Assembly (NCBI GenBank): GCA_017654855.1
Contig: CM030335.1
Location: 496,001 to 560,000 of the forward strand
Length of the DNA stretch: 64,000 bases
Direction of reading: 5' to 3'
Source: Podospora anserina
Lineage: Eukaryota
The notes beneath the pieces were generated by a model, which worked only from the letters and a program-made list of their open reading frames with translations, did not search any database and was not told the DNA's origin. Position 1 is the first letter of the stretch. Every line of letters begins with the position of its first letter. The position numbers were made by a program, and so were the translations under genes. Positions 13,613 through 26,026 of the stretch are shown piece after piece.

Positions 13613-15094
13613 ATGGACATCATCGACAAAGTGAAGGGCTCCACTGACGAGCAGGAGCCCCACCCCGGGAACCCGTTTATTGCCGGCGACCCATCCTCCG
13701 ACTCGGACCGCGATGAAGACACTCAGGCCAGAGAAGACGCGGACAACGCCCACGATGTCGAGGAGGAAAAGGAGTCAATACTGCCCAAGTTGGGACTGCC
13801 GATTGCGCTCCTGGTCGGCGCAGCCATAATGGGAGGGGGGACCTATGCCGTCGTCGCATATGTTCAGAATCTGGTTGCGAACGCTGCGGTGGACAATGAT
13901 GAGGCCAAATGGATCCGACTGGCGAGGACTGACGCATATGATGGTTGTTACTTGGGTTGCACCAGTTGCGATGACCCCAACTTTGCGTACAACGCATGCC
14001 AGCTCACTACCCGTGTTGATGTCAAGGGCGTTATCTGCGATGCGAACAAGATGTGGAATTGGGCTGTCGAGGACCGGTACCCAAAGGAGTGTCTGAAGGC
14101 TGTCAGCAAGGTCATCATGGGTGATGCGCTCGAGGACCTGAAGAACCACTATCGCAAGCGGTACGCCATCATCACCGTTGCCATTGTAGGCGGGTTAGCT
14201 GTCGGCTTTCTGGTCTACTTTCTCTGGCGCAAGTTCGCCAAGCCAAAAGAGACTCCCAAACCATGGTCGACGTATGACCAAACCCCAGCTCCGTTTTCCA
14301 TCAAGCGGCCAGCAACATGGAAGCTGCCCAAGAAAGAGAAACCCGAGAAGACAAAGACCGAGCACACCGACAAGATCACGACCACCACCACCCCAACTAC
14401 ATGTGAGCCAACAAACCTGGCCCCCCACGAAGCAGTCGCAGCAGTCCCCATCGTCTCCCACTCCCGCTCCTCCTCTCGTTCATCCTGCTCCTCAAGAGCC
14501 TCATCCACCCACAGCGCCCAACGCATCCCTACCCCTCCCACCTTCGACCTCCCCTGCCGCAGTTCCTCCCGGGCCTCCTCCCGCTCCTCATCCTCCGGCC
14601 CCCGCCTCTCAACCCTCATCGGCGCAGCCCTCACCATCACCACCTCAGGCGCCTCCGCCTCCATCTGCATCCGCGACCAACCCTGGACCCAACACTTCAT
14701 CACCTCCTCCCCCTCCCCCACTCAAAAAACCATCACCGGCACCATCCACGGCTGGTTCTCCGAGTGCTACCAAATCCAAAAATGCAAGCAAAAGTGCCGG
14801 TGGTCCTGCTCAGGCAGCTCATGCGGAAATAAATGCAGCAAGGAGTGCCACATAGAGGACAGGACGAAAAAGGAGCCAAAGGTGTTTGTCGATGCTGTCG
14901 TGCCGATGGTGGCAAAGTGCGGGTTTAAGATGGTGGATACGCTGAGCGGGAGTGAGACGCCGACGGTGAGGGTGGCGAATGGTGGGATTGAGAGGGGGTT
15001 GTATGTGAGGATTAGTGTTAGTGGGTATAATGTCACGGATGCGAGGAGGACGGATAGGAGCGTGGAGTGTTTGCATGCTTTGGGGGGTGTTTAG
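13613..15094 (+). CDS. Hypothetical membrane protein with two Cys-rich domains
   Basis: Long intronless ORF, likely start MDIIDK at 13613; two TM segments flanking a Cys-rich loop, Ser/Arg-rich linker, third hydrophobic segment, C-terminal Cys-rich domain. Confidence 0.75.
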   Translation: MDIIDKVKGSTDEQEPHPGNPFIAGDPSSDSDRDEDTQAREDADNAHDVEEEKESILPKLGLPIALLVGAAIMGGGTYAVVAYVQNLVANAAVDNDEAKWIRLARTDAYDGCYLGCTSCDDPNFAYNACQLTTRVDVKGVICDANKMWNWAVEDRYPKECLKAVSKVIMGDALEDLKNHYRKRYAIITVAIVGGLAVGFLVYFLWRKFAKPKETPKPWSTYDQTPAPFSIKRPATWKLPKKEKPEKTKTEHTDKITTTTTPTTCEPTNLAPHEAVAAVPIVSHSRSSSRSSCSSRASSTHSAQRIPTPPTFDLPCRSSSRASSRSSSSGPRLSTLIGAALTITTSGASASICIRDQPWTQHFITSSPSPTQKTITGTIHGWFSECYQIQKCKQKCRWSCSGSSCGNKCSKECHIEDRTKKEPKVFVDAVVPMVAKCGFKMVDTLSGSETPTVRVANGGIERGLYVRISVSGYNVTDARRTDRSVECLHALGGV

Positions 15095-16590
15095 GGAGTG
15101 TGATGGTTTGGTTTGGGTTGTTTACTTGGAGTCAGGGGGTGTTCAACGGGGTTTTGACGGCATATAATGGGCGGAGAAATACGTGCGTTATAATGATACC
15201 AGAATGTTTTAACTCTTTTTGTGTCTTGGTCAAGCCTCAACTGCAAGGAAACGAGAGAAACGCCGGACATGATGGGAGACTGAAACAAAAAACGAACAGA
15301 AACGAAATGCTTGCTGTTGGCAAAAATGCAAAAGATACATGTCCCCTCGACCGGAATCGAGCCGGTGACCTTTCGGTATCAATAAATTCCTTTACAGCCG
15401 AACGTGATAGCCAACTACACCACAAGGGGATTTGAATTTGTTATAGGGCAAAGGCGGGTTCAGCACTTGTGTGCCAGTGGAGATATGCGGGAATTATGCG
15501 TCATTCGCCGGTGGCTTTCGGGCCGAAAAACCGCGAGGGGTGAGCTGGTCTGTGCTTTGTGCCACCACAATTCTTTGTCTTTTTAACATCTCCAAAGATG
15601 ACCACAGTTGGGTAAAAAGGAGCAAAAGTGAATGGCTAGGAGTTGGAGAGATCTGATGTCTGGATGACGTGGTTCCGATAACTCGGTTCCTGCAGAAGCG
15701 TCTCTTGGCAACTGAAGAATCTTCACACAAACCGCCTTCCAATGTTTTGTGGGCGGACACAGCTCTGGCGAAAACAATGATCGGACGAACCCCACCAACC
15801 ACTGCCAACCTCAACGTTTCATCGACATTTTCCGCAGGCTGATCTTCTATAAACAACATCTCATCCAATGGACTGTCCCAAGTGAGGCGTTCTTGGGCGG
15901 GTTGCTGACGACAACCCCGCCCAATATATTCCCCGAATCCCACAGTCCGTCCCAGATTTTCACCACCACGTTGCCTTGGCCTCTCCCGAAGGCCGAGACA
16001 ACTTACATCCGGTATCGATAGCAATGGCAGCTTTGAAACGCAGTGGCTTACTGCACGCTGCACCTACCCGGCACTTCCTCCACAAAAATCAGGTACAGCA
16101 TTGAGCTTGTCAGGCACCTTTCCGCTGGCAGAACCGGGTGGTTCGGGAGATGGGCTGGGATCATCCTCCTTGCCCGGGTTACACTGCCCTCGACCTCTAC
16201 TGCATGTAGGCACCCAACCACCAATGGCGGTTGTCAATGCACGGCTTTTGCTTGCTGATTTGGCGGCGGCAGATGGTCCATGACGATGGCGAGCTGCATA
16301 TCAGTGGGTGTCCTTTGTGGGTTCCCAACCTGCACAAGTGGAAGCGGACGGATCCGGTGTTGTTGCCATTCGCCCCGGCAGGACCTGTCGATCCATTGTG
16401 TATCCTGGCCTAAACCCCTGATGCTGTAGATCAAAAAGTATGCATGCTTATTCATAACCAATGGGTAAAAGGTGGTCAAGCTGCACCTTTGATAGTTCCC
16501 GAGCTCCCACATCACCACCACCGCCTTCTTTCTTTCTGCAGTCCCTCTCTTTTCCCTCGCTATCGTCTCTCCTTCTATTCTCAACACATA

Positions 16591-18384
16591 ATGAAACCCC
16601 CAACTATCACCACCACCCTCCTCTCCCTCCTCCCCTTCACCCTCTCCCACCCCTCCACCCCCCACCCCCTCATCCCTCCCAAAGTCGACCTAGGCCCCTA
16701 CAACCCCTCCCACACCCGCCGCTCCTCCCCCCACCACGGCTCAGGCCTCTTCCCCCAGCTCCTCTCCCACCCCTCCCCCTCCCTCGGCACATTCGGCCAA
16801 CGATACTGGTACTCAACAGAATGGTACTCCGGCCCAGGCGCCCCAATCATCCTCTTCAACCCCGGCGAACAAGACGCCTCCAACTTTAACGAAGCCTACC
16901 TCTCCAACCAGCGGTTGCCAGGCCGCATAGCACAAGCCGTCGGGGGTGCCGTCGTGGTGGTGGAACATCGCTATTACGGGGAGTCCTCCCCCTTTGAAGA
17001 GCTAACAGAGGAGAACCTGCGGCATTTGACGCTGGAGAATGCGCTGAGGGATATGCAGTATTTTGCGAGGGAGTGGGATGTCCTGAAAGAGGCCGGGAAT
17101 GGGACGGGGAAAGGGGGGCCGGCGTGGGTTTATACTGGGGGGAGTTATGCGGGGAGTTTGGCGACTTGGCTGAGTAGATTGGAGGAGAAAGAAGGGGAGG
17201 AGGGGAAGGGGAGGGCGTTTTTTGCTTATTATGGGAGTAGTGCTGTTGTGAAGGCTATTGGGGATTTTTGGCAGTATTTTGTTCCGGTTTTGGAGGCTAT
17301 GCCGAAGAATTGTACGAGGGATGTGGAGAGGGTGGTGGTGTTTGCGGATGAGGTTTTGGGGGGTGGGACGGAGGAGGAGAAGGAGGGACTGAAGGAAAAG
17401 TTTGGGTTGGGGGGGTTGGAGGATGAGGATTTTGCTGCGTGAGTTTCTTGTTGCTATCTGGGTTGGTTGGATGGGATGGTGTGCTAACAGAAGACAGGGA
17501 GTTGACTTGGGGATTGGCGTCGTTGCAGACGACGCAGTTTTACTCGGAGAAGAATATAGGGTACTCGCCGTTTTATCGGTTTTGCGATTATGTCGAGGGG
17601 CTGTACCCAGTGGAGCCCAATGCAACCGTTCCTGGAGAGGACGGGGTTGGGCTTGAGAAGGCGTTGGAGGGGTATGCGAGGTACATCAAGGAGGATGTCG
17701 TTCCTGGTTGTGTGTCTCCCATTTCCTCTGGACGTCGCATTGAAGCTAACAATATCTCTAGTCTGTGCCAAGTCCGGCTACCCTGAATGGCAAGATGGAA
17801 ACAGCACCCTCTGCCTCCAAAACATGAACGCTTCCTCTCTGGCCTTCACCGACTTGTCAGTAAAGAACTGGGGAAACAGACAATGGTGGTGGCTTCTCTG
17901 CAACGAACCGTTTGAGTGGTGGCAAAGCGCACCGCCACTGTCATCGTCCTACCCAAGAGTCATCTCCGAGTACGTGACAGCAGAGTACTGGGCTTCCCTG
18001 TGCCCGCGATTCTTTCCAAACACGACCTATACCTTGGCGGAAGGCAAGACAGCGGGCGATGTCAACGTCAGAACAGGTGGCTGGAATTTGACGTCAAACG
18101 TGACGAGAACGATGAATACAAATGGGCAGTATGATCCATGGAGGGATGCGACGCTGAGCAGCACGTTCCGACCTGGTGGTCCAGTGACCGAAATGGAAAA
18201 GGATGGGCTGCAGGTGAGGTTGGTGAAAGGGGGGACTCACTGCAGCGACTTGGTTGGGCTGAACTGGGAAGCGAATGCCGAGCTGGATGGGTTAGTGGAT
18301 GGGGTTGTTGACCAGCTGGCATGGTGGATAGGGCAATATCACAGTGATGCCTACGACAGAATCAGAAACACGACGCGGAAATAA
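16591..18384 (+). CDS. Secreted serine carboxypeptidase, family S28
   Basis: Signal peptide; GTFGQRYWY, VVVEHRYYGES, nucleophile GGSYAG, WWWLLCNEPF, NGQYDPW, GTHCSDL. Exons 16591-17438, 17498-17709, 17762-18384. Confidence 0.92.
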
Positions 18385-18504
18385 GAAGGTGGTACTCAAC
18401 AGTGATGAAGTTATGAAGTTGATGACGAGCGTTTGTTCAAAGACATGGAAGTTTGCAAAGCCATATTTTTCAAAAAGATGGCAAAAATAAATCAGATCAT
18501 AGGA

Positions 18505-18584
18505 CTCTCCCACCGGGAATTGAACCCGGGTCTCGAGCGTTGTTGGGTGACAAGCTCACATACTGACCACTATACTATGGAAGA
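18505..18584 (-). tRNA. tRNA-Asp(GUC) with short intron
   Basis: Minus strand TCTTCCA-TAGTATAGTGGTCAGTAT-GTGAGC-TT-GTC-A...CGCTC-GAGAC-CCGGGTTCAATTCCCGG-TGGGAGA-G; 80 nt, so ~8-nt intron. Confidence 0.9.
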
Positions 18585-18730
18585 CTGAGCAGATGTTAGC
18601 ACCTGCTATAGGCTGTTGCTGCAGTTTTGCACGGAACAAGCTATTATAATGTTTGTGTCAACTTCGCTGTGTTTCGTTTAGTAAACCCCCTGGTCCTGGC
18701 CTGTAAGCTATCGTTCCGAGTCATGACGCT

Positions 18731-20801
18731 CTAGAACCTCCACCATTTCAGCGTACGATCCTCGAGACTGTCTACCAGAGGCCCAATAGGACAAGACTCG
18801 AGAAAGCTCTTATACTTGTGCGCCGTGTCGATCCACTCGTATCTATTGATCTTATCCCTGGCGTCAAAGACGCGGTACCTCTTTCCTGGTTGGCGGCAGA
18901 CGAATAGATTGTGCAATGCCCAACCGTTTCGACCGTGAGCGAAATCCCCGAATGCCACAACTTCCAGAGAAGAGATGCCCCGTGGTCCGAATATCCAATC
19001 TAGATGCCTAGCGAAAGAAGGCAGGACCATTTTTCAAGTTCGTCAGGGGGCACGACAGCCAAGTATTTGTCAAACCTAAACGTGGAGCGAATCCTAGAGC
19101 TGGAACCGATACCTGATGTCTTTTGGGGATATTCAAGTGCCCGTGATCCTCTAGCTTTGAGGTGGGACCCAGTTTGCCTAAAATGCAAGATTTTGAGAGT
19201 GGACTTCAAGGCGAAAGGGCCCAGTATCTCTTTCTGCATAGATGATGAAAAATGTTAGATCAGAGGTAATCAACGACAGGAATTACTAGCAGTCTACTCA
19301 CTAATGACTCAAAATGCTCGTTTGTATCATACGGAAAGCCGAGACACTCAAGATCAAGCAGTGACATGGGATGGAAAGTAGGAGAGATCTTCCACCTGTC
19401 TCTCTCTGACTCTGGGATGTCAAAATGACAGCCATCATGAACTGGGTCGGCCCTTCTTGAGCGATAACCTGGCCCTGGGCGATCTCCGCGTTGGTGCACG
19501 ACCAGTTTTTTCAAGGTGGCATGATGGTGGGCAATAGCATCCCATAAAGGAATCATTGTTGATGGATCAGGCCTAGTTGGGGATGGAAGACTGCACGGTA
19601 TGACGGCCTTGGTGAACCCGAGAAACAGCTCTTTCAATCCTCGGAAAGATGACAGAAACCGGATGATTTGTTCTTCTTGGTTTTCTTCATCATCGTCCTC
19701 GTGTGATTGAATTTCGAACTGCTCAAGACACAATGGAGTTGTTGTGGCCACGGATCATTCTAGAAGTCGTTCCCACAAGTGGCAATTGCGTATCGTAACA
19801 GTCTTTACCGTCGTGATATCAATGGCCTCTTTCATCTGTCCGCCAAGGGAGACATTGTTTAGTGATAGGACCGTTAACACTGGGAACAGAGGTCGTGTCT
19901 CTGGAAGGACCCGACTGAAAGGTGTCAAAGTGGTATCAGGCCAATCCCACGGCGTGTCAAGGTTGCCATGATCAGGGTCGACATCCATGTCATCCTCCGT
20001 GACACAGGGGTATGCCAATGTGACGTCCAGCTCGGTGAGATGCTCTCGGTTCCTCTTCAGACACTCTCCCAATGAGCCAAGCAAGACATTGGGGGGCTGG
20101 TGCCAGCTGATGTGGGTCAGATGACGAAAAGCTATTGGGATTTCTTTGTGTGAATCCAAGCACCCCCCATCTGTGATGAGCCGGAGAGACCTCAGTTGGG
20201 GTTGCCTAGCATGTAGGGTATCCAGAACACTGCTGGAGATACATGTAGCAAGGTCCCAGCTGAAGCCATCTAATTGACCGGCAGGGATGCGCTCAAGGAC
20301 AGAGTCCGCCATTTGACAAAGACGAGAAAGATCATCAACTGGCAGTGGGTCTCTTCCAACAAGAGCTCCGTCAATCACCCCCTTTTTTTGTCCAGTCGAG
20401 TCTGCTCCGTCATGAGGTTGGACGTGCAAGCAAGGCACATTGGGTATCTTTTCGGGTTCCACTTCATTTGCTTCCTCTCCAATCTCTTCTTCAGGTTTTG
20501 TGTCCACATGCAATGCTTGCCACGCTGACCATCGCAAATCCCGACTAAAGGTGAGGTGTTTGGCGTTGCGCAACGCGGGAGTGGCACTTTGGAGAGCCGA
20601 TGCGCACTGAGCAACGCGGTCGATGTCCAAGATGCATCGCTTACGCTTAACGCGAGGTATATCGATGCGGATCGATTTCCAGAGTTTCGGTGCACATACT
20701 GAGTGGAACAACTTAGACACACTGGACAACGATTTGATGTCTTCCAATAAGAGGCATCTAATTATGTCATGCAGAAGTTCCACGGGGAGGTGGCCGAGCA
20801 T
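18731..20801 (-). pseudogene. F-box domain protein, disrupted (in-frame TGA plus frameshift)
   Basis: N-terminal F-box LGHLPVELLHDIIRCL...LSSVSKLF; TGA at 19755-19757 with in-frame continuation; intron ~19301-19234; one-base frameshift in the A5 run at 19030-19034 before VLPSFARHLDWIFGPRGISSLEVVAFGDF. Confidence 0.75.
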
Positions 20802-21327
20802 GATGATTTCAGATGCGATGGCGGCGATATGAGGAGAAGTGAGAAGTACCTCAGGTAGGTAGGTAGGGAAGCAAACCGTGAGCGGGGAGAAATGGCTCTT
20901 ATAGGCTTGTCGATGTTGTTGGTCCCACTGATTATGATAGCGAATCCCCTTAACCAATCAAGTTTGAAGTGGCCGACCTCAAGGCAACTCGTGCCTCGAC
21001 CACCAACACGCCCCACATATCGCGAGATTTGAAGTTGGAAACTGGGAATTGACGTTCAGAAGGTCTTCGGCGTGTCTTTTGTCCATCTTACAAACGAAAC
21101 ATAAGCAGTGCAATGGATACTCTTAAAAGTACAAGCCAATGATGATCCTCGATGTTTGTCTCATGCATGTACCCGTAAAAAAATGAGTCACTGAATCCGT
21201 TTGCACAGCCGGCAAGTACATTACTATTTACCCCGTACAAGCTGTAGAGTTAAGAAAGTTTCCACACTGCATCGGCCTACTATTAATCCCCCAAATATCT
21301 CGAGACCTACCACAGTACAAATACAAT

Positions 21328-22241
21328 ATGTCCGAACCCTCAGAGCCAACCCCAGTTCAAGCCTGGGACAGCATTGCATCTTTTTGGGATGAAGCCATCA
21401 CCCCTGGAGGCAACAAATACTTCCACCGTCTCCAGGCTCCCTGCCTTCACCGCTTTCTTGCTAAGCATCTTCACCGTGATGCGAGATGCTTAGACTTAGC
21501 GACTGGTAATGGAGTGGTTGCCCGCTGGATGCTTGATCGAGGAGCGGGCTGGGTCCTGGCGACAGATGCCAGCGGCGAAATGCTGGAAATCGCTAAGCAC
21601 AACTTTGCCTCCGGAGGGTGTGATCCCAAGAGGTTTACATGCCACAGAACCGACGTTACTTCAGAGCAGGACATGGGAGCCCTCGAAGAATTTCATTGGC
21701 ACGGAAGACTCTTTGATGTCATTGTCATAAACATGGCTCTCATGGATATCGAAAGACTGGATGTTCTCGCAGCTGCCCTGCCCCGACTTCTTGATCCTGG
21801 TGGAGTGTATGTAATGCATTCGTGCTGGAACCTGCCGTTCTTCTTGAACTAATGCCTCTCCATAGATTCGTCGCCACTGTTCTTCATCCCGTCTTTTTCA
21901 CCTCCAACGCAACCAAGTCGATCTCCATCTCATTCGACCCCGCCACCGGTGAGCAAGTGACGACGCGGTCAAAAGTCATCACAGAGTATCTCGATGTTGC
22001 ACCGGCAAAAGGAATTGCTTGCCCGAGTCAGCCAGTCAAACAGACGTACTACCATCGCCCCATTCATGAGCTTCTGTCTACCTTTCTCAAGGATGGGAAG
22101 CTTGTCATGGATGCAATCGAAGAGCCAGCTTTTACCGAGGATGATTGTGATGAGAGGAGAGTAGAGTCGAGCACAAACTTTACGCAGCTTCCAGCTCTAC
22201 TGGCTTTTAGACTGAAGCATCGAGTTGACAAATTTGAGTAG
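21328..22241 (+). CDS. Class I SAM-dependent methyltransferase
   Basis: Motif I CLDLATGNG, post-I LATDAS, FDVIVINMALMD, LDPGG(V)F across intron 21807-21865. Confidence 0.9.
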
Positions 22242-22870
22242 GGGGACTGATCTAGGGGTGACTAGCCGGACGCAAAGCAAAATACACGGGGGCGATAACA
22301 CATTGTTGGAGGGTCAATTGTGAAAATAGTTATTTCAAGTGACCCTCAAAAAACAATGTCATACACTCTCTGGGCTTTCAGGGGTTGCAGAACCATTAAC
22401 CTCGAATGTAATGGAAGTTGGATGTCTCGTAGACGAACTTGGTCTGATATAACCCTAACCCGGTGGATAGCCCTCATACCCTTCATACCCTGAGACGACT
22501 GACCCAACAAGAATTTTCCGCAGACCAAACGACACTCATTCTGGACAGGTAATATGTCTTTGTGGAGGAAACAATTCATAGCAGATTGGTTTTGACCTGA
22601 CCCAAACACTTCAAGTTCCCTTTCCACCAGAAACCGCATCCCAGAGTCTGCAAAAGCTTTTGTGGCTCTCCCAAGTTCACATGCCAAGCCACCCACCCAC
22701 AGACATTTGTCCTTGCAGCCAAGCCCCACTTTGACTCGTCACTGGTGATCCTCTTCTGCATGGTGTTGAAGCCTGACTCGCGCCAGCCCAACCAACGCTC
22801 AACGTCCCCACAAAGCTGCGCCTCTTTGACACATGAAAGCAAATCCCTCACCCAGTCTCCATCAAAGCAG

Positions 22871-22942
22871 TCCGGTATAGTGTAACGGTTAACATATCGC
22901 GTTTTCACCGCGAAGCTCGGGGTTCGATTCCCCGTACCGGAG
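22871..22942 (+). tRNA. tRNA-Glu(UUC)
   Basis: 72-nt cloverleaf: acceptor TCCGGTA/TACCGGA, anticodon arm TCGCG-TT-TTC-AC-CGCGA, T-arm CGGGG-TTCGATT-CCCCG. Confidence 0.95.
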
Positions 22943-24998
22943 TCGATTACGTTCCAACCATCGGATGATGGTGGCAGCATTTTTGCTCCATCCAGGGTGT
23001 TGCTCCGAGTCTGGAGAGGTATTTTGTTGGCTGTCTGGGCAACGGGCTGATTTTTGACATTGTCTGGCCATTTTTCTTTAGTGTAGAGACTTGGGCAGAA
23101 CAGACGAGACTGTCTGGATCTGGCTCCGAGACAGAATTTCAGAATATTCAGAGCAGGTACTTACTTTATGCTATGACTTCCCTTGGATATTTCTGCAGCG
23201 CTCTATAAGAGCAGCCTTTTGAACACATACTTCAGAGACTCTGCCAGGGATAGAATACCTACCTAGGATATCCTTGGGCGAGGTTCAAGAAGCGTTTGTT
23301 GATAGGTTTCAGACCTTTTCGTGTCCCACTCACACTGGAAAGGCACAAGACTCGCTTTCGGTTAGCAAACAGTCTGAGTCTACAAAGGCTTCCTCATGTC
23401 AAGACAGCACGGAGATACGCGTATTTCGGACGGAAGGATATCATGAAGACGGATTTGTCGTCAGAACGCCGAGGTCGGAGAGCCTGGCTCATTGCCTACA
23501 TCGCGAACAGCCTCTCGAACTCATCGTAATCCAGGGGCAGTTTCCAGTCATCTTGAACATTCTTCGACTAACAGATACCGCAAGACCCGAGCATACGGTG
23601 AAGAAGCACTGGAGCTTCTACCTTGGTCAAGCATTTCCATTCTCAAACGACCAAAGCTAACGAGACCATACCCCGTCATTGTAGTGTTTCTACATCAGTT
23701 CCCATACCCAGTGCCTCTTCAAAGCATCTCGGTGTAAAGCTAACCCTCGGTCTCAACATCACCGGTCTTAGTTGCCTCATTCGCTCGCCTACAACGGTGC
23801 ATATAAGGACTTATCACTGTGGGTCCGGACGACAGGAAGTGTGATTCAGAGGTTCTGGACGCATAGAAGCACTCAACAGTGCAGAAAGCCCACTCTTCAA
23901 GTACCGTGAGATGGAACAGCCACGTGCTGCGCTCCAACTGTCAAGCTCTCCCACTGTAACAGTAGTATTGCTGGACTGTCTCATCATCTGGTGAGATCTT
24001 GGTTGTTGTCTTGAGTCCCAAACTTGGTTTTCACTGGAACAGACATTCCAAAGGCGCAAATGCAGAATCCTACGATGGCACCTGCTCTCAGCTCAAGGCT
24101 GAGGGAGATGCAACAGCTTTGCGCTGAGACTGAGGAATACGATGTCACCATCATACTCCACGTAGGAAATGTCCGATGAACTCTCCGTCGGCCCACGAAG
24201 CGAAACCATATCAATATAACGTCAGTGGAGCTCTCACCAACAGCGGACACCCTCTCCGCTCTGGGATGGGAATACCTTCTTCTCTTCCGCCGGTTTTCGA
24301 AGACCAAAACGTCGAAATCCGTGCCCTCTGCACCGGCTTGACCCACTTCAACCTGCTCGATATCCCGTCTTTAGACCCGAGGCACGGGGTAAATTAACCG
24401 TAGATGAAACCAAGCACTTCCATCTCCGCACGGGCAATCTATCATTCCCGGGTATACCAAACATCATCCCAATCAGAGCGCAGGGGCAAGACAGGGGCCA
24501 CCTGACGACCCAAGTGTAAAAAAGTCTCAACCTCTTGTTGCGCGGGTTAGCAAGCGCCCCAATCTTTCCCTGACGCTTGTAGTCGGGCCTGGTCCTTGCT
24601 CAGAGGGCCTCAGATGTATAAAACCTTCCCTTCATCCATACGAGAGATAGATGACAGACGTATATCGATCAGCTGCTGTGGTTGGCGTTCATGGCAATAA
24701 CGTTGCGTCCGGGGGATTGGAATGCACCATTACGCTTGTACCCCACGACGAACTACCGGTTATTGGGGCGTTCCAGAAACCAGAACCATAATGAACCGTT
24801 TTAAGCGGATTCCCCGGGCTGATGAAGACTTGCGCAGGAGAACCTTCCACGCAGATTGACAGGTCTCTTCGGTTGCATCAAGCCACGCAAGACTCTGGGC
24901 ATGAGTTTTGGGAGGGTGATAAGAAGGCTGATCTCCTGGCTTTGTTAGCACCGATTCATTACGATCATGTACTCAAACAGGCACCGCAGAGCTTCAAG

Positions 24999-25813
24999 AT
25001 GCAACTCTCCAACCTCCTCACCATTGCCCTCGCCGGGTTGGCTGCTGCCTCCCCTGTTGAGCTGGTCGAGCGTCAGCAAAAGCTTCGCATCAGTGCGTGG
25101 ACCCCCCTTTTACCCTTATTTTCCCCCTCCCTTGTTGACTAACGAAAACAGTGCCTCTTGGTGACTCCATCACCGAAATCGCCTGCTGGCGCGCCTTCGT
25201 CTGGGATCAGATCGCTGCGGCCGGCTTCGCCAACCAGGTCCAATACGTTGGTTCTCAGAACTCCAACCCTCAGGGCTGCCGTCCTACGACCACGAACTGG
25301 GATCAGCGCCACGAGGGTCATTCCGGCTGGCTCGCGATTGATATCGCCAACAACTACCTCGCCAACTGGCTCCGGAGCACACCGGCCGATATCGTCCAGT
25401 TCATGCTTGGCACCAACGATGTGTTCAGGGGGAGAAGCACCAATGATATCATTGCTGCCTACACCAAGATGGTTCAGATCATGAGGGCGGCGAACCCTAA
25501 GATGAAGATCATTGTATGTTTGACGCTGAAGTTTTGAGAAAAGGGAAAACTAACAGCATAGGTCGATCTTGTCATCCCGCTCGGCGTTGGTTCCAACTCG
25601 GGTATCCAGGCCCTCAACGCCCGCATCCCCGCCTGGGCTGCTGGCCTCAACACCACCGAGAGCCCCATCGTCATTGCTGACTGCAACACCGGCTACAAGA
25701 CTTCCGACCTGCGTGATGGTGTCCACCCTAGCATTGCTGGTGATCAGTTCCTCGCCACCAAGATTGGACCGCCTCTTCTCAACTATATCAGAGAGTCGCT
25801 GGCTGGTAACTAG
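24999..25813 (+). CDS. Secreted SGNH/GDSL hydrolase (carbohydrate esterase family 3-like)
   Basis: Signal peptide; exons 24999-25092, 25152-25513, 25562-25813; LRIMPLGDSIT, HEGHSGW, MLGTND, DGVHP blocks. Confidence 0.92.
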
Positions 25814-26026
25814 GCCACTCGCGGCGAATAAAGGGACGATGAGTACATAGGACTGATAGGCACGTAAATACCAGCAACAATGAAGGATCCACCTTGAGAC
25901 TGTTTAAGCCACGGAAGTCTCGCGCTGTAGTATCGATGTCAAGAACTGACTGCCTCGCTTTTGGTTGAGTAATGACCCCTGACACACCCCATCAAACCTC
26001 CTGTCTTGGTCCCACCGGTTGCCTTC

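Noticed and set aside
19755-19757. TGA stops (here and at 11813) as A-to-I correction sites
   Set aside because: The editable A has G at -1, which fungal editing disfavours; the F-box gene also carries a frameshift.
22346-23071. Minus-strand ORFs overlapping tRNA-Glu
   Set aside because: No domain features; the tRNA explains the conserved-looking part.
23270-24400. Short protein-like fragments suggesting a gene relic
   Set aside because: No identifiable motif or consistent frame.
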